Source of the DNA: a virus
Taxonomy: Duplodnaviria; Caudoviricetes
DNA: 46,238 bases
Strand: one strand, 5' to 3'
Virus record (IMG/VR): IMGVR_UViG_3300030606_000015
Location: 1 to 46,238 of that record
This document shows, one piece after another, positions 35,572-43,826 of this stretch (position 1 is the first letter of the stretch; the number at the start of each line of letters is the position of its first letter). The notes below the pieces were generated by a model. That model made no database searches, had not been told where the DNA came from, and was given only the letters and a program-made list of their open reading frames with translations. The translations under genes and the position numbers were made by a program.

Positions 35572-37224
35572 TCATGAAGTGATCACGTGGGTGTGAGACG
35601 CTTGCGGCGTCTGCGGCACCCGTTCAATATCCGGCTCGTAGGTGGCCATTGACCCGGCGACGGCCAGGTCGATTTTCAAATGCTGCGTGCGCTTGACAAT
35701 GCGCAGGCGGCTATCGTCGGGGTCTATTTTCTGGTTGGCGTTGCTCACGTGGGCTGCCAGGTCAGCATCGCCATTGTGGGTCAGGCGCTGCTCGCGAATC
35801 TTGTCATAGAGCTGCTTGTCAGCGCGCGGCCGGGGCTGCCCCTGGGTGAACTCCACACAGTTTATTTTCAGGATCCGCACGGCCGCACTGCGCTCGACGA
35901 TATTGCCCTGGGCATCGATGGGCACGCCGGACGCCAGGCGGGTGGCCATGTCGTGCAGCTGGTAGGGGTCATAGCGCAGCTGGGTGATATTCCACTGCCA
36001 GCACAGCTTGACGATCTGGCGCTCCGGGCCGGGATTTTCGGCCGTGCCCAGAAAGTCGATTTTGCCGTTCTTAGGCGGCTGCCATTTGTGGCTGGCCCGA
36101 ATGTAGCTGTGGCGCTTGCGGTTGACACTGGCCACCAAAGCAAAGCAGTCGCCACTGACGCCGGCATCGATGGCCAGTATCGTGGGCGTGTGTTTGGTAA
36201 ATGCCGGCAGCTCGCCCTGGCACGCTTCCCACCAGCCGTCGGGCACAAACTTGCTGGTGGAGCTGATCCACTGGTTACGGTGGATCCGTTGGAATTCATC
36301 CGGCGTCAGGTCAGCCGCTTCAGCTTTGTAATAAACATCTGTTTGCCAGGGCAGCCGCGGCCGTGTATTCCATAGGCACAGCAGGCCGCCATTTGAATAC
36401 ACTTCCAGGTCGCTCAGGTCATGGAATCGGCCAGCGATGTCCCCATCGCCGTCATCAGTGAAGCTCAAGTCCAGTCGGTCGCCTTCATCGACGCCGCGAT
36501 AATACAGCGGCTCCAGGATGGGCGACTCGCCGCTGTAACCGGCGTAGGTTTCAATCCAGCGCTGCGAGTAGCCGAACTTCAGCGGTGACAGCGTCATCTC
36601 CGTCCACATCTGTACCATTGCTTTATGCCTGGCGGCCCACAGCTCGGAGAAGATGATCATGTCATCGTTGCCGCCCGCTTCACCACCGGGGTCGATAGGT
36701 ATGGCCTCGATGATCGTGCGGTTGGGCAGGGTGGTGGTATAGCCGCGCGTCTTGATATTGCGCATCTCTGGATTGAGCTCGACAGCCCGGCGCAGATACA
36801 TGGAGACGCGGCTGGCCGCTTGCTTCAGGTCGTTGGCCACAATCTTAATGCTGCCCCATTCGACGCTGTGGGCGCGGTGCAGGGCCACGGCCGCAGCAAT
36901 GGAGCTCTTGGCACTTTTTTTGACGTCGCTCCACACCACAATGTTGTAGACGAAACGGCCGTCCTCATCACGGCGCAGCGCCTCACGCAGCACGGCCACC
37001 TGGTAGGGGTGCAGCTGGATAGGGCCGGCCAGCTCCGGAATCCAAAAATGTTTGTGAATCCACTGGATAGGGTGGCTCAGGATTTTATTCTCGGCCGTCT
37101 GCTGCCGTTCGGCCGCCCGGCGTCGTTCGCGGGCGCGCCGTCGTCGCTCGCGCTCGACCTGCACTTTCAGGCGCAGCTGCTCGCGCTGGCCAGGGGAGAG
37201 GTTATAAGTTGCTGGCGAGTGCAT
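35572..37224 (-). CDS. terL: Terminase large subunit
   Basis: LHPYQ adenine motif, deviant Walker A DVKKSAKSS, FQRIHRNQW, RNase H-like AIDAG…D, YDPYQ, KIDLAVA; start uncertain (37224 or 37254). Confidence 0.85.
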   Translation of the reverse strand: MHSPATYNLSPGQREQLRLKVQVERERRRRARERRRAAERQQTAENKILSHPIQWIHKHFWIPELAGPIQLHPYQVAVLREALRRDEDGRFVYNIVVWSDVKKSAKSSIAAAVALHRAHSVEWGSIKIVANDLKQAASRVSMYLRRAVELNPEMRNIKTRGYTTTLPNRTIIEAIPIDPGGEAGGNDDMIIFSELWAARHKAMVQMWTEMTLSPLKFGYSQRWIETYAGYSGESPILEPLYYRGVDEGDRLDLSFTDDGDGDIAGRFHDLSDLEVYSNGGLLCLWNTRPRLPWQTDVYYKAEAADLTPDEFQRIHRNQWISSTSKFVPDGWWEACQGELPAFTKHTPTILAIDAGVSGDCFALVASVNRKRHSYIRASHKWQPPKNGKIDFLGTAENPGPERQIVKLCWQWNITQLRYDPYQLHDMATRLASGVPIDAQGNIVERSAAVRILKINCVEFTQGQPRPRADKQLYDKIREQRLTHNGDADLAAHVSNANQKIDPDDSRLRIVKRTQHLKIDLAVAGSMATYEPDIERVPQTPQASHTHVITS

Positions 37225-37855
37225 CCAGTTCCTCGTCGGTGAGCTCGGCCACATCCAGCTCGATACTCTGCTTATCCTTGGTCATCTCCAGCGCCCGACG
37301 GCCGATTGTGCTGGCTTTGTCGGCAATGTAAGCGGCGTCACGCTGCCGCCACTTATCCGATGGCTGAATGATGGTGGTGTGAATGATTTGCCGGCCGTCT
37401 TCGTCTTCTTCTTCCTCTGTGCTGGTAAAGGCGGTTTGCAGGGGGAAGTTGAGCATGTTGCCGGCCTTCTCGATGAGGCGCAGTGCCAAATCCTCCTCCA
37501 GGTCGCGCAGCCGGGCGCGCCGCCGTTCCAGCGCCCGGGCTTCCCTACCTTCAACGTATTGGCGAGTCAGGTTTGTGACCCGTTCTAGGACGGCCGTAAA
37601 TTCTGCCTGATCCTTCCACTTACCCATGTAGATGGACTTAGAAACGCAGTCCGGACGCCTGAAAATGTCGTTCTGGGAGATCTGTGGCGTAACGGCCGCC
37701 CACGCCAGGTGCCAGATGGTGTTGCGCCGTTTCTGGTAGACGCTCAGCCCGGCCAGCTTTTGCAGCTCCTGGGAAACGGCCGTTTGGTAGGCGGCGAAGG
37801 CGTCTTTGTCGTCTTTGTCGATGGTGACGACATCAGGCAGGGTGAGGCCGGTCAT
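37202..37855 (-). CDS. Putative terminase small subunit
   Basis: ATG 37855 overlaps the MTase stop; ends DVAELTDEELDAL; directly upstream of terL. Confidence 0.65.
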   Translation of the reverse strand: MTGLTLPDVVTIDKDDKDAFAAYQTAVSQELQKLAGLSVYQKRRNTIWHLAWAAVTPQISQNDIFRRPDCVSKSIYMGKWKDQAEFTAVLERVTNLTRQYVEGREARALERRRARLRDLEEDLALRLIEKAGNMLNFPLQTAFTSTEEEEDEDGRQIIHTTIIQPSDKWRQRDAAYIADKASTIGRRALEMTKDKQSIELDVAELTDEELDALASNL

Positions 37856-39126
37856 GAGAGGCGCTCCGGAGTGAGGCCGGTCAGCTGCGACCAACGCTCC
37901 AGGACAACAGCACAGTGGACCGGTGAGATGTCGGCCGCCAGCATTCGCTTGCCTAAATTCTGGCAGGCCAGCAACGACGCGCCGCTGCCGGCGGTGGGAT
38001 CGAGGTAAACGGCCGCTTCCTTCGGACATAGACCGATGCACCATTCATACAGCGGCACCGGCTTTTGGGTCGGCACCAGGCGCGGCTCCTGCTTACCTTC
38101 GCGGATCATGCCCTGCCAGATGTAGCGGAATACCTTGGCCGTGATGCCCAGATTGGACCAGGCCAGCTCGCAGTCGGCATAGAAGAGGTTTTGCGACTTG
38201 TCCGAGGCCCGCTTGTCCCACACCAGCCAGCTGCCGGTCACCGGCAGCACGTCGGTGAAGTAATTGCCGCCCCAGATGATCGCGCTGTCGTAACGGCCGT
38301 TTACAGCATCCAGCAGCTGCGTCAGGTCAAAATCTTCGTGGCCTTCGTATTCACCGTAAGCCACGGCCGGCACGGAGCGGGTGGCGCCGTGCTCTTCCAG
38401 GACACGGCCACGGCCGTTGCCGATGGTGCCATCTTCACCGTAAAAGAGCTTGAGTTTGCCGTAAGGGGTATCGGCCAGCAGCACGTCGGCTTCTTCGCCA
38501 ACGAGGAGTTGATCGATAACGGCCGTATCGGTCGAATCGCCGCAGATGAGGCGATGGTAGCTGAGCTGCCACAGATCGCCGGGCTGCACCTGCCACTTCT
38601 CCTGCATGTCGGCCGCGCCGGACGGCCGGGCTTTGGTGATGATACCGGCCATTTCTTTTTGTTGGCCACGGCCGTTGGTTTCCTTGCTTGGATGAGTCGC
38701 TTTGATGAGGCTGGCGACGGCCGTATCACTGAGGCCGGTCACCTCGACTAATTCGCGATCGGCCGCGTGCAGCTGGGCCAGGATGGCGGCCGTTTTGCCG
38801 TCGTCGAGCTCCGACTGCCGGGCCAGCTCATTGTCGGCCACCAGGTAGGCCAGAACCTTTTCCGGTGGCCAGCTGGCGGGGATGACGCGGCATTCCAGTT
38901 CGGTGTATTTTTCCAGGCGGGCGGCCGCCACGATGCCCTCCCCTGCCACGAGGAGGTGGGGATCGGTGGGGTCGGTTGGGGCTTGGACGACGGCCGTGCG
39001 CACGTAGCTGAAGGTGCGCAGCGCCTGGCGCAATTTCTCAATTTGCGCGTCAGGATGATACGTGTTGTTTGCCGGGTGCGGCTGGATGCGGTCGATGGGG
39101 ATTATTCGGCTCGTTATGGTCTGCAT
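37852..39126 (-). CDS. ParB-N domain fused to an N4/N6 DNA methyltransferase
   Basis: IQPHPANN…LVAGEG…LVADNEL (ParB-N); GDLWQL..HRLICGDS, DTPY, WGGNYF, PTQKP, DPTAGSG. Confidence 0.88.
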   Translation of the reverse strand: MQTITSRIIPIDRIQPHPANNTYHPDAQIEKLRQALRTFSYVRTAVVQAPTDPTDPHLLVAGEGIVAAARLEKYTELECRVIPASWPPEKVLAYLVADNELARQSELDDGKTAAILAQLHAADRELVEVTGLSDTAVASLIKATHPSKETNGRGQQKEMAGIITKARPSGAADMQEKWQVQPGDLWQLSYHRLICGDSTDTAVIDQLLVGEEADVLLADTPYGKLKLFYGEDGTIGNGRGRVLEEHGATRSVPAVAYGEYEGHEDFDLTQLLDAVNGRYDSAIIWGGNYFTDVLPVTGSWLVWDKRASDKSQNLFYADCELAWSNLGITAKVFRYIWQGMIREGKQEPRLVPTQKPVPLYEWCIGLCPKEAAVYLDPTAGSGASLLACQNLGKRMLAADISPVHCAVVLERWSQLTGLTPERLS

Positions 39127-39159
39127 TGTTCCTATGCCTGGCTGCTAACAGCTCATCCT

Positions 39160-39285
39160 ACTGGGAGAGCGGCTCACCCGTTTCACTGGGAGAGCGGCTC
39201 TCCTGCGCTTTGCTGGGTGAGCTTTGGTACAGTTTCAATACCATCTTATACCTATTTTACACTGGCAGTCCAGACCATATGGTCT
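39160..39285. promoter_or_regulatory. Late-operon control/packaging region with direct repeats and a 14-bp palindrome
   Basis: ACTGGGAGAGCGGCTC at 39160 and 39185, degenerate copy near 39213; AGACCATATGGTCT at 39272-39285. Confidence 0.55.
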
Positions 39286-39315
39286 ATTTGGTAGAGTTAG
39301 CAAAGGCAGCACGGA

Positions 39316-39666
39316 TCAGTTGGCAGCGTCAAACAGCGTGCCGGCATAGAACGCTTTGCGAGATTCTAATGTGGTCAAATGGGGGTGGCTCCACCGTTCG
39401 CCGGGTAAGGTGTAGGACCGGGCCTTGCCCTGGGCGTCTGCTTCGATCTCAAACAGGCCGGCACTGGACAGGCTGTTGAGTAGATCGAGGAGGGGTTCTT
39501 TAGACAGATCTAGAGCGGCCATCATTTCGCGATGGCTGGCGCGACGGCCGCTGTTTTGCTGGTGGTAGCGAATGAGCCAGTCGTAGAGACGGCGGGCGCG
39601 GGGGTCGTTTAGATCGTCATAAGCGGAGACTTCGTATCGACTTGGGACCATGTATGATTTTATCAC
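39316..39666 (-). CDS. LexA-N-like winged-helix protein (candidate late regulator)
   Basis: RRLYDWLIRYHQQNSGRRASHREMMAALDLS…LNSLSSAGLFE…KARSY; no protease domain; start uncertain. Confidence 0.7.
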   Translation of the reverse strand: MIKSYMVPSRYEVSAYDDLNDPRARRLYDWLIRYHQQNSGRRASHREMMAALDLSKEPLLDLLNSLSSAGLFEIEADAQGKARSYTLPGERWSHPHLTTLESRKAFYAGTLFDAAN

Positions 39667-39671
39667 AAAAT

Positions 39672-39708
39672 TAAAAACGAAAAAGCAGATCGCTTGATCT
39701 GCTTTTTC
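39672..39708 (-). terminator. Intrinsic terminator ending the leftward early genes
   Basis: 13-bp IR GAAAAAGCAGATC-gctt-GATCTGCTTTTTC. Confidence 0.75.
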
Positions 39709-39780
39709 TGGTCGCCAGTCGTTTGGGGGGAGCTGGGGAAGCGTTATTGTACCGTGTCGGCGAGCTCACGTCGAGCTGCG

Positions 39781-40140
39781 TCAGTTCTCTTCTTCCAAAT
39801 CCAGATCGGCCGGTTCCTCGATGGCATCAAACCAGGCCGCGCCGATCACCGCTTGAACTTCGCCTTCATCAAATCCCAAAAAGGCGCAGCAGTCAAACAG
39901 CAGCAGTGCCTGCGCTTTGCCGAATTCACCGCCGGTTTCCAGCTCATCACGCAGGGCGCGCAGCTGCTCGACAGCCTCGGCGCGGCTGAACCAGGTGGAC
40001 TGCGTTCCCGGAACGCCAACGGCCGTTGGTGCAGCCAGTGGCGACGCGGCCTGATCGAGACGGCCGTGCAGCCAGTAGCCGAGCAAGATGAGCAGCACGC
40101 CCGTTACCAGGGCAAGGAGGATGGGGGTTATCGGGTTCAT
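39781..40140 (-). CDS. N-terminally membrane-anchored hypothetical protein
   Basis: GGAGG RBS, ATGA overlap; MNPITPILLALVTGVLLILLGYWL. Confidence 0.65.
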   Translation of the reverse strand: MNPITPILLALVTGVLLILLGYWLHGRLDQAASPLAAPTAVGVPGTQSTWFSRAEAVEQLRALRDELETGGEFGKAQALLLFDCCAFLGFDEGEVQAVIGAAWFDAIEEPADLDLEEEN

Positions 40141-40412
40141 ACGGCCGTTTCCTCCAGGTCTGGCTCGGCAGCGGGCTGCACCGTCCAATCCCAGTTGCAA
40201 GGCTGCTTTTCACCGAAGTCTACCCAGCCATGGCGATGCACCACCGTGCCGTCCTGGTTATTCTTGTAAATCTCCAGGGCACGCTCGCGAGTGATGACCT
40301 TGCCCACCGGATCGGCCTTGCCATCGATGTAGCGGGAGTAGAGATAAAAGTAACCATCGCGAATAAGGGTGATTTCTATTTTCTGATTCTTTGGTACAAT
40401 GTTGTTGGTCAT
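40137..40412 (-). CDS. Hypothetical protein
   Basis: AAGGAG RBS; 91 aa. Confidence 0.65.
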   Translation of the reverse strand: MTNNIVPKNQKIEITLIRDGYFYLYSRYIDGKADPVGKVITRERALEIYKNNQDGTVVHRHGWVDFGEKQPCNWDWTVQPAAEPDLEETAV

Positions 40413-40438
40413 GAGTGAAATGGTTCTCCTTGTGGCCC

Positions 40439-40475
40439 ACGGCCGTCTCTAGCTGCTATGCCCGGAGACGGCCGT
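40439..40475. repeat. Intergenic hairpin whose arms are two ACGGCCGT copies
   Basis: ACGGCCGTCTC 40439-40449 and GAGACGGCCGT 40465-40475. Confidence 0.7.
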
Positions 40476-40500
40476 TTGCGTTGTGGCGCTGGGGGCTGAG

Positions 40501-41121
40501 TTATTTTTCTTCGATTGTGTACCGCTGCACATACAGCCAGGCGGTGCCGTCTTCGTTTTTCACGGTGCGGCGGCGGAGGCTGTGGCCTTGCGGCTCGTAG
40601 GCCGATCGTTTGCGTTTGGCCAGCCAGGTGCCAGCGTTGGTTACGGCTTTACTATCGACCATCTTGAAGCGGGCCCACTCGCTCTCGCCGCCCTTACCGA
40701 TAGGCAGCTTCATGATCTCTTTTTCTAACAGGACGTACTTGGATTCGCCGCCGCCTGCGGTACTGCCCAACGGTGGCATAACGCCCACTTCCATTTTTAA
40801 AAACAATCCATTATTTTCTGACATACGAATCTCCTTGCGCTCGATGGGTTCGCCGTCCTCGATGCGCTCTACTAGGGTTAATAAACGGTCCATACTTTCG
40901 TCGCCGCCGGCGCAGCCGATGCACAGCTCGCCAATGGCGTGGTTAACGGTGATGACGTAGGGAATTTGGCAGACGGCCGCTTCTGCCGGGTCGGTGAAGA
41001 TGAGGAGGCTGCAGCCGGTGCATCGGTTTGGCTCGGCGGCGGCCAGGGCCAGGTAATCTGGCCTGCCGCGTCGGGTGGATACGGCCGTTTGCGGTTGGGC
41101 AAGCATGGTTGCTGTGGTCAT
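40501..41121 (-). CDS. Hypothetical protein with N-terminal CxxC pairs; possible internal second start (MSENN, 40825)
   Basis: TAGGAG RBS; CTGC…CIGC; internal AAGGAG-attcgt-ATG. Confidence 0.65.
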   Translation of the reverse strand: MTTATMLAQPQTAVSTRRGRPDYLALAAAEPNRCTGCSLLIFTDPAEAAVCQIPYVITVNHAIGELCIGCAGGDESMDRLLTLVERIEDGEPIERKEIRMSENNGLFLKMEVGVMPPLGSTAGGGESKYVLLEKEIMKLPIGKGGESEWARFKMVDSKAVTNAGTWLAKRKRSAYEPQGHSLRRRTVKNEDGTAWLYVQRYTIEEK

Positions 41122-41285
41122 GGTGTGCTCTCCTAAAAGTGATATTTGCTAAACCTTACGCCTTCTGAAATGCGTTCTTGCTAGTACCGGATTCCTGTTT
41201 AGGAAACCTCCTGAGCAGCGGCCGCTCGCCCTTCCTGATACCTGTCGTGGTACACGTGCGCCCGCTGCTCAACTATCGGCGGCCG

Positions 41286-42011
41286 CTAAACCTTCGCGGC
41301 CGCCAGCTGATTCTCGTATTTGGTAACGGCCGTTTTCTTGGCCGCGTTGTGACTCTTGCCGCCTTTGCGCGTAGCTGCGTAAGCGACCAGGCCATCGACC
41401 AGGGCAGCGGCCGCTTCGGGTTCCCAGTCGCCAAAGAGGACTTCGCGGAACTGGGTCACGGCGGCCGCATCCTGGTACCAGGGTTCCAGCTGGACGACGG
41501 CCGTATCGAACATGAAAGCGTCGGTGCAGCTGGCCGCTTCAGCTTTCCAGTCTTTGGACGGGATGGCCGGCTGCTTTTTCGGCTTGGGCTGCCGTGGGGT
41601 AGACGGCCGTTTTTCGGCCTCTTGCTTACTGTCCACGTGGACAGTGGCGGCTTGGCTGCTAATGGCCAGCACACCGAAGAAGCGCTTTTCGGCACCCATC
41701 TGGGTTTCGCGGCCGTTACAGGTGATGACCTGGAAATGACGGCAGGGTGTGGCCTGGTTTTTACCGGGTGCTTTTTTGCTGGGTTTGATGCTGGCGGGAA
41801 CGGCCGTATCGACAAATGCCGGCAGCTTCTTGAACTGGCTTTCGTACACGCGGCAGACCTGGTGTTCCAGCTTGTCGCTGCTGGGGAAGAGAACGATGTA
41901 GGGATCGCCGCTGGATGCACGGCCGTGGGCATAGCTGCCCACCCAGTGGACGTGATTGTCGCTGGCCAAAATGGCCTTGAGCATGGTTTCGATTCGGTCT
42001 AATTGGTTCAC
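41286..42011 (-). CDS. Hypothetical two-domain protein
   Basis: GGAGG RBS with GTG start; 241 aa with basic Pro-rich linker. Confidence 0.7.
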   Translation of the reverse strand: MNQLDRIETMLKAILASDNHVHWVGSYAHGRASSGDPYIVLFPSSDKLEHQVCRVYESQFKKLPAFVDTAVPASIKPSKKAPGKNQATPCRHFQVITCNGRETQMGAEKRFFGVLAISSQAATVHVDSKQEAEKRPSTPRQPKPKKQPAIPSKDWKAEAASCTDAFMFDTAVVQLEPWYQDAAAVTQFREVLFGDWEPEAAAALVDGLVAYAATRKGGKSHNAAKKTAVTKYENQLAAAKV

Positions 42012-42025
42012 GGATTGCCTCCAAA

Positions 42026-42127
42026 CTAACGGTACTTATTCGTGTTTGTAATAAACACCCAAAGGGCTAAGAACATGAGGAAAACGGCCGTTGCGCCGCA
42101 GATGTCGGGCGGGATTAGGATAGTCAT
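42026..42127 (-). CDS. 33-aa single-TM peptide (not in the ORF track)
   Basis: ATGA overlap; MTILIPPDICGATAVFLMFLALWVFITNTNKYR*. Confidence 0.45.
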   Translation of the reverse strand: MTILIPPDICGATAVFLMFLALWVFITNTNKYR

Positions 42128-42498
42128 GCGCGCACCCCCTGCCCGGCGCGCCGGGTCCGGTTGTGGCGGTCGCTGCGACGGTAACGCCGCCGGCCGTATT
42201 TAGCCTTGTTGTGCCGGCGGTAGGTGGCGGTCCAAACGTCGTCGATGTGGACGGTGCGTTTGATGCCTCGGGCCATGACGGACTCGGCGCTGAGCGGAAC
42301 GGCTCCTTCGACAAGCTCAGGACAGGCTCTTTTCTGGGCTTCGTGGCAGGCAGCTGTGTTCCAGCAGACGCCGTAGCGGTGGACGATTTCCGGCTCGCCA
42401 TTGGGGCCGCCGAAGTTGCGGCCGCAGAGCCAGCATTGTTCATCTGGATTGGCGTAGCGGGTGTTGGCGGGTAGGGGGTTGTGGTTTGTTTGGTTCAT
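42124..42498 (-). CDS. Cys-containing basic hypothetical protein carrying an in-frame mini-insertion
   Basis: CWLC…C…C; Arg-rich tail; ACPELVEG insert; start uncertain. Confidence 0.55.
   Translation of the reverse strand: MNQTNHNPLPANTRYANPDEQCWLCGRNFGGPNGEPEIVHRYGVCWNTAACHEAQKRACPELVEGAVPLSAESVMARGIKRTVHIDDVWTATYRRHNKAKYGRRRYRRSDRHNRTRRAGQGVRA
42301..42329. repeat. REP-like mini-element CTTCGACAAGCTCAGGACA flanked by 5-bp direct repeats GGCTC
   Basis: GGCTC-CTTCGACAAGCTCAGGACA-GGCTC; net 24 bp, keeps the frame. Confidence 0.7.
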
Positions 42499-42581
42499 TG
42501 ATAAAATCTCTGTGGCGAAATTCATGATTTGAGAAGGCCGCTGTTGAGTTCCCAATCTCAGCAGCGGCCTTCTCGCGTTTA

Positions 42582-42785
42582 TTAGCGTTGGGCGCAGATG
42601 TCGAAGCCGACGTAGCTGGGGCCGCTGCGCAGGATGAAGCGGGATAGACGGTTAAGGATGGTCTGGTACTGTTCCAGGTTGATGGCCACACGTTGGAAAC
42701 CGCTGCCGGTGAAAATGGAGGCTTCGCAGTTGCCATCGCGTTTGCGGGTGATGCTTTCGATTTTGGCTGAGGTTAAGTTGTCCAT
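42582..42785 (-). CDS. Small hypothetical protein, first gene of the leftward early operon
   Basis: AAGGAG RBS just downstream of a strong promoter. Confidence 0.7.
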   Translation of the reverse strand: MDNLTSAKIESITRKRDGNCEASIFTGSGFQRVAINLEQYQTILNRLSRFILRSGPSYVGFDICAQR

Positions 42786-42820
42786 TTGGTTCTCCTTGTG
42801 CCTGTGTAAGCGATATAAGG

Positions 42821-42850
42821 ATTATATAACGGTTATATAACTCTTGTCAA
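42821..42850 (-). promoter_or_regulatory. Leftward sigma70 promoter with tandem GTTATATAAC operators
   Basis: TTGACA-18bp-TATAAT on the - strand; perfect palindrome 42832-42841 plus a variant at 42821-42830. Confidence 0.8.
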
Positions 42851-42873
42851 GAACCAATCTGCAAACTGGCAAC

Positions 42874-42898
42874 AAAAAACCCCGCCGGGGCGGGGTTT
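42874..42898 (-). terminator. Intrinsic terminator closing the cargo cassette
   Basis: AAACCCCGCC-gg-GGCGGGGTTT, with a T6 tract on the - strand. Confidence 0.8.
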
Positions 42899-42943
42899 GG
42901 GGGTTGGTTAGGTTGGGGAAGGGGTGGGGGAGTGCGGCCGTTA

Positions 42944-43504
42944 TTATTTTTTGCCGTGGCAGTTTTTGAATTTCTTCCCGCTGCCACAATAACAAGGGCT
43001 GTTTCTGCCAATTTTTGGCGTTGCCCTAATGTACTGAGTTGGGGTGGCAAAGTCCAATCGCTCTATGGATGGCATCCGAAAAGAAAAGGCTGTTTTGCCA
43101 TCGAGGTTGGTGACGGCAAAGTCGCCCAGTAAGATAATATCCATCCCAATCAAGAGATCGATTTCTCCCAACTCGCCTTGGGCAACTTTAACGTTTTCGA
43201 TTCTAACCCTGTTAGGTAGATAAATATCAACCAAGAAAGTTGGCGCTTCGTCAAGCATACCGCCAGCTGTGGATACCTGAGTGTAGCCGGTTGGGGTAAG
43301 GCCACACTGACTGGCTACACGCCCGGTTATCATCGAGTTTGTAGCCCCCGTGTCCCACAGAGCACTGAACTCATGGCTGTTTTGCAGCTGAGGCACCAGT
43401 CTCCCAATAGACTGGTAGACAAATACCCGATTGATTAGCCGATTAAGCAGGCCGCTTCTGGCGGTTGTGGTGAAACTTCTTGTTTCAGTGTGCGCGTTAG
43501 ACAT
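42944..43504 (-). CDS. Retropepsin-like aspartyl protease with C-terminal SEC-C metal-binding motif
   Basis: [15 protein letters not shown]; [20 protein letters not shown]. Confidence 0.9.
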   Translation of the reverse strand: MSNAHTETRSFTTTARSGLLNRLINRVFVYQSIGRLVPQLQNSHEFSALWDTGATNSMITGRVASQCGLTPTGYTQVSTAGGMLDEAPTFLVDIYLPNRVRIENVKVAQGELGEIDLLIGMDIILLGDFAVTNLDGKTAFSFRMPSIERLDFATPTQYIRATPKIGRNSPCYCGSGKKFKNCHGKK

Positions 43505-43748
43505 GAATGAGGCTTGGCGTAGCAATATTTACTGTGTAAGCTCCCGAGCCAGGGGTCACCTTCTGAACAAGGAAGGTTCCCAGCTCGTTACCTGCCTCTT
43601 GGGTTTTTGTTATGGCTTCTAATTCGGTCTGGTAGACACCGATGACCTCGAAGTTTTTCAGAACAATCACTTTGCCATTATATTCTCTGACATAAGCCGA
43701 TTGGTTCTCTAGGTAGTGGTGGAACTGATCCCTTAATGTCTCGTGCAT
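43497..43748 (-). CDS. DUF5678-like small protein (partner of the aspartyl protease)
   Basis: [32 protein letters not shown]…GTFLVQKV; GGGGAG RBS; overlaps the protease start. Confidence 0.7.
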   Translation of the reverse strand: MHETLRDQFHHYLENQSAYVREYNGKVIVLKNFEVIGVYQTELEAITKTQEAGNELGTFLVQKVTPGSGAYTVNIATPSLIHV

Positions 43749-43826
43749 AGTTTCTCCCCAAAGATCACATTTTCTTAACAATATGATATGCGATTCTCGA
43801 CACAAACTCAAGCGGACGGCCGTTTT

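Noticed and set aside
38700-39126. ParB domain as part of a ParABS partition system
   Set aside because: It is the common ParB-N/MTase fusion upstream of terminase; no ParA is present.
39316-39666. Host lexA or phage CI repressor
   Set aside because: Only a wHTH; no Ala-Gly cleavage site or S24 peptidase domain, and it is not adjacent to the operator-bearing promoters.
12683-42002. Many long + strand ORFs opposite the late and early genes (e.g. 14423..15055, 21128..21820, 35680..36375, 41178..42002)
   Set aside because: Antisense shadows of GC-rich genes, with no RBS or recognisable motifs; the - strand ORFs form a coherent overlapping operon.
40421-42801. 14-bp direct repeat TGGTTCTCCTTGTG (40421 and 42788) as att sites
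   Set aside because: Both copies are the Shine-Dalgarno regions of early genes, and no integrase is nearby.
42944-43030. secA fragment
   Set aside because: Only the short SEC-C motif is present, fused to an aspartyl protease; this motif is promiscuous.
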